This document shows, piece after piece, positions 1 through 64,000 of a stretch of 64,000 bases of DNA (positions are counted from its first letter, which is position 1; every line of letters starts with the position of its first letter). The notes beneath the pieces were generated by a model that searched no databases, had not been told where the DNA came from, and saw only the letters and a list, made by a program, of their open reading frames with translations. The DNA lies in assembly GCA_965153355.1 (NCBI GenBank), contig OZ231126.1:7626001-7690000 (forward strand). Reading direction: 5' to 3'. The position numbers were made by a program, and so were the translations under genes. The DNA comes from Flaccisagitta enflata. Lineage: Eukaryota.

Positions 1-1
1 A

Positions 2-124
2 GCAGAGAAGGCTAACAAAAGAGCCCCTGACAATGACGTCACCGTTCCGCTGCTGCAGTTTGACGACAATGAAAATGTCAACGCTTCGCTACTGCAAGTC
101 CATTACAGCGTGAACTTTTTGTGA
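2..124 (+). CDS. 3' end of an upstream paralogue of the gene ending near 8.7 kb (probably a second XK-related gene), 5'-partial
   Basis: Open frame AEKANKRAPDNDVTVPLLQFDDNENVNASLLQVHYSVNFL*, similar to 8665-8770 and followed by colinear downstream homology blocks. Confidence 0.5.
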   Translation, partial: AEKANKRAPDNDVTVPLLQFDDNENVNASLLQVHYSVNFL

Positions 125-147
125 CTAAACAGCTTCAATCGTGCTGG

Positions 148-460
148 ACAGTCAGCGGACAAAACATGATAGGTATGTACATCATACCGTTGGTTTAGAT
201 CCAACTTGCTGATAGTATATAAAATATGGTATGCAACAACCAGTGGTTTGAATAACACCCGGCTGTAATATTACAAAATTGTAGCATTACAGTCGGCTGT
301 GATTCTAATAACCCATTGTTGAATACAACATTTTGTTTGTTACAGCCGGCTGTAACTTGAGCAACTGATTTTTGTATACAATATTTTGTTTTTGAGCAGT
401 ATGTTTGATCGAAGCCAGTAGTATGATAAATATACCCATAGTGTGTTGTCCACTGACTGT
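148..460. mobile_element. Palindromic MITE (Tc1/mariner-like TIR CAGTCAGTGGACAAAA); relatives at ~48528-49039 and ~51544-51850
   Basis: Terminal inverted repeats acagtcagcggacaaaac / gttgtccactgactgt; same ends recur twice more, with TA at one flank of those copies. Confidence 0.7.
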
Positions 461-1599
461 GGAGTGGGTGTGGTTGTGGTACTAATAAGTGTCTGTTTGT
501 TTCGATAAACTGTGCGCCATTCTTGATGTCAAATGATATATCTAAATTAATATTTATTGTTTATTTAGCTTCTAAACTTGTCTGTACGCTAACTGTTAGT
601 TATAGGCTGAAAGAAACAAGTAAATCCTTTCTTTATTGTACTTTGAAAAAAAAAACAATTACCAAGTTTATCATTGCTGCGCCAACTATCGTCAAATCTT
701 GAGCAATTCATTGATCGTTATTTGTGAGAAACGCCAAATATCTCATCCGCACTTGAATTAGTGATACCAAGAACAAATACGATACATGGCAAGCAGCATT
801 TTTTTCATTTTTCAAATTCTCAGTAGTAAGTGTGTCTTGTTAAACAAGGCTAGATACACAATTACCCAATACCAAAGTCGCTGGGCAGGGGCAGTGATAA
901 AAAGTTTGAAATATCATCCGGCCAGGAACAGTGCCATAAATAACGCCTATGAACGCCAAAAAAACATGTTGTTACCGACAGACCAACCAACCAACATAGC
1001 GAGTTTTAGAGTAGCGAAGTGGCTATATCACTGTCAAGATTTCATTTTGTGCATGCCTCAATTTGATATCTATGCTGTTCCTTTGGGTGATGTACGAGCC
1101 ATAAGAATGAGGTCATAATTTGTAAAATAACTTTTTCCCTTCTTGTAACTTGGACTCAAGTGTAGAAAGAACAAGCACGATCGGGCAACGATGCATCCTG
1201 AGTGAGTCTCTGCGTGTTTTGAATTATGCGCTTATCATTGCCTAAATATTGAGGGGTAGAAAGGCTGACAGACAGAGGAGAAGACAGAGTGGAAAAGAGG
1301 CCCCCATTAAACGGCATTCAATCGCATCTTCCATTTTGTTTCTCAGATAAAAATTAAAGATACTTACAGGAATGTTGAGGTTTTAGTCGACAAAGAATAA
1401 TGCAGTCGAACCTTTCCCAGTACCGGTGACTACCAAAGCAGCGTTTGGTTAGGAATTTGGCATCGCCGTGGCAAAAAAAAAAAGCTGAGAAATGCGTTTT
1501 ATGAACAAGGGTAACATAAGGACGCACGGACTGACCGACGGACAGACAGGCCCTGTAATAAATATTCGACTTCGAGGATGCCTAAAAAAATTCACACGA

Positions 1600-1776
1600 T
1601 AGCATCTCCTATGGTTAATTCAGATAATTTAGATTTAAATAAGTAAGAGCTCCTAAGGCTCTTGTCCTTATTCTGGTTTTTTGGTTGCAATGTAATGTTG
1701 TCCTACTCATATAGATTATTGCACTGTATTGGCCATTCTGAGCGAGTCAGAATATTACTTCTACGAAAACGATAGC

Positions 1777-1833
<57 letters not shown>

Positions 1834-2002
1834 GACTGGGTGGGTAAAAAATTTTGTACTTGCTCTATAGCTTGAAAACCATACTTGCTATGGCGGTTTT
1901 TAGCAAAAATTTGAAAGAATTTGAATTTCTCCAAATTTTGGTGTTCTTCTATAGATTTGATGGCTAGTACGAGATTTTTTGCACACCCTGTTAGATAGAT
2001 AA

Positions 2003-2036
<34 letters not shown>

Positions 2037-2447
2037 GGATAAATAGATCATTTCGATTGCATTATAGCATTTCCTATGGTTAATTCAGATAATTAAGATT
2101 TAGATAAGTAAGAGCTCCTAAGGCTCTGGTTTTTTGGTTGCAACGTAATGTTGTCCTACTCATATAGATTATTGCACTGTATCGGCCATTCTGAGCGAGT
2201 CAGAATATTACTTCTACAAAAACGATAGCTATAAAGATAGATAGCTATATAGATAGAACGATAGATAGATAGATAGATAACAGGGTGAGCAAAAAATTTC
2301 GTACTTGCTCTATAGCTTGAAAACCATACTTGCTAGGGCAGTTGTTAGCAAAAATTTGAAAGAATTTGAATTTCTCCAAATTTTGGTGTTCTTCTATAAA
2401 TTTGATGGCTAGTATGAGATTTTTTGCACACACTGTTAGATAGATGA

Positions 2448-2507
<60 letters not shown>

Positions 2508-2520
2508 ATAGATCATTTTG
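1600..2520. repeat. Tandem duplication of a ~470-bp intronic unit with (GATA)n tracts (2 copies)
   Basis: 1600-2070 closely matches 2085-2520. Confidence 0.85.
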
Positions 2521-2957
2521 ATTGAAAGACCTGATTCCTGGGATGATTACTGTGTATCAAATGCATTGACTTTATTCAGGGGAACAAAAATTTTAATGAG
2601 AATCAATTTTTAGTTGCGGACACACAACTCTATAAGAGGCTTTGTCCGTCCGTCGGTTGGTTGGTCGGTCGGTTGGTTGGTCCGTCACGCTCGAGTTGAA
2701 AAGTGGGAAAACGCGTATTTCCGCTCCTGCCCACCCGTCCGCAACTGATGGCCGTGTATCCAGCCTTGTTAGAATCTTACGACACAAGTAAAAAGTGCAA
2801 CAGCATCAGTAGACATGATAAGTGAAATTACATCTTTTTGGATCGAATTATAAAATCCTGATGAGGTTAATATTTGTCGAACTAGTTGATGTTGAGTAAA
2901 ACAATTGGCTGTTCTGCCTTATGAGATAGATAGATAGATAGATAGATAGATAAATAT

Positions 2958-3016
<59 letters not shown>

Positions 3017-3107
3017 TCTGAATAGATAGATGGATAAATAGATGGATAGATAGAATAGATAAATCTTCATCGGTTATGTGTAAGTCAGAAACTTGTCAGA
3101 TGCCACT

Positions 3108-3934
3108 CACGCATCCCAGGAACAAACCCTTGGTGGAAAAAAAGGCCAAGTGTTGTGAACCCCCTACGCATGTTGTACATTGTATTAGGTACAATTAGAA
3201 CAAAAAATTGAAAAAATCGGCTTGGAAATAAAGCATTTCTAGCTTAATAACAGCAAAAATAAGCCATGTTGAAGTATTTTTTAAGCTAAGAATTGTAGTT
3301 TTTCTTTTTAAAACTTTGAAAAAATAATTAAACAGTGTGGCAATAGCTGCTGTAATAATATTTTTACCCCTTTCAATTAGTTCAGAAGCAACTTTTACAA
3401 ATTGAAGCCAAAAAACTACTAAAAAAACAATAAATATAGATTTTTAGTATTTTTTTGTCATTTTTAAGCTCTGATTTACATTCTGTTTCTTTAATCTAGT
3501 TGTCAGAGATTCAAACATATGTATTCTTACTTTTTTATACTTTTTCATGATTTTTTTTTTTTTTCGTTTTTTAGAAATAAAATTTGTAATTTCTTTCTTA
3601 AAAATCCTTTTGTTGCAGTTTTTTAACCTTTTTTTGTGCTAATTGGGTTGATATCCCTCAAAACTAGTCTTAAAGGGTAAAATCATCTACACAGCAATGA
3701 TAGCCACACTACACAGTGGTTTTCTGAAGTTTTTAAAAGTGTAACTACCTTATTTAGCATAAAAAATGCTTAAAATTGCATTATTTCAGCTATTATCAAG
3801 CTAAATGCTATATTTCCTAGCCAATTGTTTTCATTTTTGTCTTTAATTGCACCTAATACATGGAAAAACATGCCTAGGGGGTTCACAATACTTGGCCTTT
3901 TTTTTCCACCTAGGGTTTGTTCCTGGGATGCGTG
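3108..3934. mobile_element. Non-autonomous foldback DNA transposon, Chapaev-like
   Basis: Long (~270 bp) imperfect TIRs starting CACGCATCCCAGG and ending CCTGGGATGCGTG; 4-bp duplication CACT at 3104-3107 and 3935-3938. Confidence 0.75.
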
Positions 3935-4868
3935 CACTCAGATGCTCGTCAGTTGAAAGTACTCACTTGTAGGGCGTACAAGTCAGATGCATGTCAGATG
4001 TTTGTATGTTATTTTACTCGCAAAATCTACCGCTATCTTACATTTGAGGATTATTAGAGTTAATGTATTACAAAATCCATCAATTCGACTGAAAATCTGA
4101 AATACTCGTCATTGTCACTGGAAATATCTACGTTTCTACAGCGAATAAAAAACCGGCTTCTGTAATCAATCTTCCATCAATCTTGCATGTTCATTGGGTA
4201 AATCGATGTGACTGCATTGTCATAGGGGCCGCAAGAGAATGTGTTAATTAATGTCTGCGGTTGACTCTCGAAGTCCCGGTTTTAGAACTCCGATGAATCG
4301 TTTTTTGCCAGTCATTGGTCGCGTCGCATACTATACAAAGGGGCAGCCACATCGCCACATGATAAACTTATAGAAATAAAAAGAACACCGCTGGAATGAA
4401 CGTAAAAACTTGTCAAAACCTATGATAGCGAATCAGTGGGCAGGGGCTGTGATGCAGAAGCTAATTTGGCCATTAGGCAGGGTTAGTATTGAGAGATCAG
4501 TTTGCCAGGAACTGCTTATTCCCGGAAATCATAGTGAACCCAACAGACGGACAGACGAATGGATGGACTGGCATGATTGGTGGACTGACAAAGCAACCTT
4601 TGTAATTACGTGCACAATGGTAAACTGTTTTGACTATTTCGAAACCAATTAACATTTTAAAACAGACAAACACAATACAGTTCAGTATAGTTTCACTGGC
4701 GAAACTAGAAAGGCATAAAGCGGACTGAAGTTAGCTGGTGCGTAAAAAGTTCATTCTTGCGGGTTCTTAGTACAAGACCTACAGTGAAATTGTCAAAGCG
4801 ATAATCACATAATACATAAAAAAATCATCTGCGCGTTTTGTGGCTCTACGTAGACAACGGCATCAACC

Positions 4869-5985
4869 ATGAGTTATTGCACGGATCTTGGCCAAACATT
4901 CGTCATTCTCAAGAGAGGATTATTTACGTGGCCTCCACGCTTGATTCTCCTCACCACCTTCTTCTACTATTTGGATATCGGTTCGGATGTTGTTTTAGGC
5001 ATTCGATATCTCGTCAAAGGCGACATTTGGTGGGGAGGACTGACTCTCACTTTTGTCGCTTTCCCGCTGATTATCGCATTTGACCCTGGCTGCAGTCATT
5101 ATTTCAACAGGCGTATTAGAAGAATTTTTGGTTTATCCCATAATGTTGGTCCGTGTTTCGCGGCGATTGGTTTGTTTCCGATTGCGAGTCAAGTGCACGC
5201 GGAAAATATGGCTGCAAACGGGGAAACGGATCTCTCTGGGCCCAAAAGGGAAGCTTCCTGGACTTTCATGATGGAGATGTTGGGTGAGGCCATCCCTCAA
5301 CTAATTCTGCAATTGTACATCGCCAGTAAGACCAATAGCTTAGATTGGCTCACTCTACTCTCCATCGGTTCTTCCTTACTTACTATTTCTTTATCTGGCG
5401 TCAACCACTTGATACTTGTCTTCGGGCTTCGAGATAACAAAAGGCACCGTTTAACCAACACTTTTCCACGACGTGCCGTGGTTACAGTCATTTTAATTGT
5501 TTGGACGTTTCTGCAAGTTTCCACCGCCGCGCCATCATTTGCCTTCCGAACCTCTTTAGGGGGACTCACATCTTCGGCGCTTAATCAGAGCTATAATGCA
5601 GGAGATGATCCAGCAATCATATCGAGTTTTGTGTTTGACGCGTTTTGTTCCATTGTTTTAACATTCTCAGTCGTGTTAGTATTTCGTCCTCTTGTGATCG
5701 CTCAACGATTTCCCAAAATAAACGCCCTAGTGCAGAAGTTCCTCATTCTGCTGCTTCATATTCTCGCTACTGCTGTTTCCTTCTACCTTTCCACGAGTTG
5801 GTTTCTTGGCATTGCTCCTTTCCTTTCTTTGTCTTCTCCTTCTTCCATTCCTTCCTTTGTCTGGCCTGATACTCATCCTTTCATCCGCGACTGGATTGTT
5901 GACGGCATCCTTCCTCTGCATTACAACGCGAGTGACATCAACATGACTTCAATGCCTCTGGACTTATGCAATATTACCACAGATG
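4869..5985 (+). CDS. XK-related (XKR, putative phospholipid scramblase family) membrane protein, exon 1
   Basis: Multi-pass hydrophobic ORF with XK-family-like motifs YYLDIGSDVVLGIRY...WWGGLTLTF...P and EMLGEAIPQLILQLYI. Donor ATG|gtgaga at 5986 (phase 1) precedes the (ATC)n tract. Confidence 0.8.
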
Positions 5986-6040
5986 GTGAGAAACTCCGAT
6001 TCAATACTATTCAATTGTGCATATTTCATAGTCAACAAAC

Positions 6041-6044
6041 CATT

Positions 6045-6103
<59 letters not shown>

Positions 6104-6358
6104 TATCATTATCATTATCATCATCAGCATCATCATCATCATCATCGTCATCTTTATCATCGTCGTCATCATCATCATCATCATCGTCATCGTCATTATT
6201 ATCATTATAATCATCATCATCATCATCATCATCAACATCATCATTATCATTATTATCATCATCATCATCATCATCATTATCATTATCATTATCATTATCA
6301 TTATCATTATCATTATCATCATCATCATCATCATCGTCATCATCATCATCATTATCAC

Positions 6359-6404
<46 letters not shown>

Positions 6405-6460
6405 GTCATCATCTTACGTAACATCAACATCATTACATCATTTCATCATCATCATCATTA
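6041..6460. repeat. (ATC)n microsatellite in XK gene intron 1
   Basis: Seen directly; source of the false poly-Ile ORF extension. Confidence 0.95.
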
Positions 6461-6542
6461 TTATCCTCATATGAATTATGATTGTCATCAACTCAACATT
6501 ATCGTGAACATCTTCATCTTCATCCTCATAACTTTTTTCATA

Positions 6543-6757
6543 AACAAGGCCGGATACACGGCTACCCCAGTCGCGTGCGGGTGGGCAGGGGCCATATTTG
6601 AGGTCAGTTGATCACTTGGGCAGGAGCAGTGAGGCCAAAGACCGCAAAAACCCAAAAAAAGTAAAGTGTGACGGACGGACTGACGGACCGACGGACAGAC
6701 CGACCAACCGATGGACCGACAAAGCGGGGTGTAGAGTCGCGTAGCACGCGACTAAAA
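6543..6757 (+). mobile_element. Short interspersed Helentron/DINE-like element (representative copy; >10 relatives, e.g. 2610-2770, 10742-10920, 19033-19152, 27017-27165, 27455-27745, 34270-34495, 45455-45835, 60722-60850)
   Basis: Conserved ACAAGGCCGGATACACGGC end, GGGTGGGCAGG core, (GACN)n microsatellite and terminal hairpin AGTCGCGT..ACGCGACT followed by an A-run. Family assignment is inferred from architecture. Confidence 0.65.
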
Positions 6758-6809
6758 ACAACATTTTCAGGCAGGGACATCCGGAACAGCATGATGATTT
6801 ATTATCATA

Positions 6810-7573
6810 CCCTGTCATCAAGTACGACTGCAACCAGCAGAACCTCTATTGTAATTAGAGTATTCATTATGAGAAATTCTGATTGGTGCTATCTGAAAGC
6901 GCATAACCTACTATTTATTCATACAAAATTTCATAGCACTGGCTTCAGCGGTTTGGCCTCCACATAATTTTGAGTGAAAATGTGGTCAGCACCAAGAAAG
7001 GCTTTGTAAAAAAATGCATGAACAGACGGATGTAACTTTAAGTCAATGTCATTATCAAACAAATGAAGCGAAAATCGCCACACTGGTCTTGAATGAAAGA
7101 AAATATATCACCGTTTATGAATCTTAAGAAAAAATCATCACACTGATGAAATTTATGTGGCAAAACAGTTGTTTCCTCTAATTTTTAAAGGTTGTTTTGT
7201 TTTTTTGTCAGATCACTGTTCTTTTTTGGCCAGATTTTTCATAGAGTTACTCAAAAATCCTCAAGTATTCAAGGGGATGATCAAATAATGTTCAATTGTT
7301 ACCATTATGGCCAATAAAGCTCAACCTGAGTTAAAAAAGACAGATTTAACTATAAAAACTGCTGAAAAAGGCTATTTTTGAATAAAATTGCACAAAATTT
7401 CACCAAATTTTAAAATCATGTAGAAGCCAAACCACTAAAGCCAGTGCTCTGAAATTTTGCATGAAAAAATGGTAGGTTATATGTTTCAAGATAGAATAAA
7501 TCTGAATTTCTCAAAAAGATTACTTTGGGCACAATAAAGGTTTTGCTGGTTGCAGTTGTATCCGATGGCAGGG
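6810..7573. mobile_element. MITE with ~160-bp imperfect TIRs, TA-flanked
   Basis: ta|CCCTGTCATC...GATGGCAGGG|ta; arms are reverse complements. Confidence 0.75.
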
Positions 7574-7701
7574 TAGTAGCTCCGACACACAGAAAAAGGG
7601 TCGTGAAGTTGTTAAAACTCCACAGCTGACGCACCGCTTATAGACAAAATCGCGACGACGGGCATCTGTTTAATCCACGACTGCCTTGTTTCTCTTAGCA
7701 G

Positions 7702-7952
7702 GTGGAATCTGCATAACTGATTTCGCTGAGGGGATTTATCTCTTCATCACATGCGGCAGTCTCATCTGGATAGTCTACGGCACCGTGTTGCTTCCTTGTT
7801 GGCCGTTGATTGACAAGAAATTGTTTCCCTACGACGACGAGAACAAAAAAGCCATCGATGGACCAGTTGAACGGTTTGTGAAATGGACGGAACCGTGTCA
7901 TGCATCGATCTTCAGGTTGATTTCGAGCGCTGTGCCTGCCGAACTGCCGTAA
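7702..7952 (+). CDS. XK-related protein, exon 2 (ends at stop 7952, or at donor 7916 if exon 3 is used)
   Basis: Pyrimidine tract plus tandem acceptor ttag/cag (7699 or 7702), both phase 1 as required; encodes a further TM helix IYLFITCGSLIWIVYGTVLL. Confidence 0.68.
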
Positions 7953-8456
7953 TGTTGGACTGCCGTTATGTTGCTCTGCCGTTATGTTGGACTACCGTTA
8001 TGTTGGTCTGTCGTTTTTTCGGTCTGTCATTTGTTGGTCTGTCGTTATGTCAGTCTGTCGTTATGTCTGCTAAACTACCAATCACATGGGGGGGGGGGGG
8101 GGGAAGGGGCAAAGAGCGCCAGTATGGTCGTAAACTCTTTAGAATTGTCGACCATGACTGTTAAACCTGCAAATCTATCAATTTCAAATTCAATTTTCAC
8201 ATCAGTGCTGTCAATCGATTAAAAGGCAAAGTCGCGGCGATTTGCAAAAGCGCATGTGGCAAATACTGCGCGTGTTGCAAATATTGCACCAGCCAGAAAG
8301 AAGTTGACAATGGCGGCACGGCGGATCTCGCATTGGGAGAAGTGACAAACAAAGAGGTAGGGAAGCAGTAGAAAGGAAGGGATTTCGTATTGAATGCCAT
8401 TAGACAGAGAATCTTGATAAAGCTTTAGAAGAAACATTTCTGTGTTCTTGCAACAG

Positions 8457-8718
8457 GATCTTTCCCACGAGAGCGCCAACCTTCATGATGCTGTCAATGT
8501 ATCCGAAAAAGGAGAAGCTGATGAAGAAAACGTCAACAATTTGCTGCGGCGGGTTGAAGTCCATGACATCGTCGACACTCATCACGCGAAAAGAAGCTAC
8601 TGACGTCAACAAACCGCTGCTGCAGGATGACTCTCCCAAAAAGGCCCATTACAGGTTCACAATGCAGCAGAAGAGGCCAGTAAAGGAGCCCTTGACGATG
8701 ACTTCAACGCCTCGCTGA
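8457..8718 (+). CDS. Possible third exon or degenerate C-terminal exon of the XK-related gene
   Basis: Acceptor tgttcttgcaacag at 8456 is phase-compatible with donor 7916; nucleotide similarity to the coding end at 1-124; conserved motif frame appears broken. Confidence 0.4.
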
Positions 8719-9254
8719 TACAGATTGACCTCAGTGAAAAAGTCAACGTTGATAACGTTTCATGACTGAAATACTCAAAATTTCGGCGTCAATTGTGCTA
8801 TTGTTTGTTTTGTTTTCAAAAAGGTAGTTTCGCTTCGATGACTGGTGCGCCATTTTCGACTGCGAATGACGCGTCCAGATTAACAATCTACTAATCATTT
8901 ATGTACCCAAGTCAGTACACTCACTTGTAAGTGTGGCGTAATCGTGATCTTGCTGAAAATTACGAAATGGACATACATTGTCATGTTATTCTTTTGTGCA
9001 TGCCTAAGATTGGTGTCACTACTATTCCTTTGGGTGGTAAAGGTTCATTTCTGAACTATTACAACTTTTTGCCTCCTTGTACCTTGAACTCATAAGCCGA
9101 AAGAAAACTCGTACAATAGATTTTCCTAGCAACGGCTAAATCTTGTTATTTTTCTGTATCAGCCATTTTGTGCGAGTCAGAATATTGCCTATCTCTAAAT
9201 GAATAGATATATTTTCATCATTGGTTTGTCAGAGGCCTAAAAAATTCCTGTAGG

Positions 9255-63847
<54,593 letters not shown>

Positions 63848-64000
63848 CTGAAACAAAGGAACAGTCAATTAGAGCAAGAGTAATCAGCCGTCTCCAGCAT
63901 CCGCCATCCGAAACGTCTCCAGCGTCCCCCATCTGAAACAAAGGAACAGTCATTTAAAAGAAAAGAGTCGTCGGCCGTCTTCAGCGCCCGTGTCAATCAT

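Noticed and set aside
5986-6611. Poly-isoleucine C-terminus of the 580-aa ORF
   Set aside because: It is read-through into an intronic (ATC)n microsatellite; a phase-matched donor at 5986 and acceptor at 7699/7702 explain the real structure.

Overview
This is AT-rich, microsatellite- and MITE-rich eukaryotic (animal-like) genomic DNA, not prokaryotic. Most of the window is the 5' part of an axonemal outer-arm dynein heavy chain gene (DNAH5/DNAH8 type) on the minus strand. I assembled 42 GT-AG exons (63847 down to 9437; 5406 nt, 1802 codons, phase-consistent) and the gene continues past position 1. Two kinds of gene are nested antisense in its introns: a 5-exon divergent Roadblock/LC7 (dynein light chain-like) gene at 18962-21977, which the ORF track shows only as a fragment, and an XK-related membrane protein gene at 4869-7952(8718), with the 3' end of an apparent tandem paralogue at 1-124. 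The most unusual signal is that at least 25 of the 42 dynein exons are flanked by tandem 'echo' copies of their own splice junction. Exon 3' end plus GT donor is repeated downstream, or AG acceptor plus exon 5' end is repeated upstream, in 1 to ~46 copies that decay with distance from the true exon. The nested plus-strand gene shows the same pattern on its own strand. Non-autonomous DNA transposons (hAT-, Transib-, Chapaev-, Tc1/pogo- and Helentron-like) and one truncated LINE are also present. All family assignments rest on remembered motifs; no database search was run.
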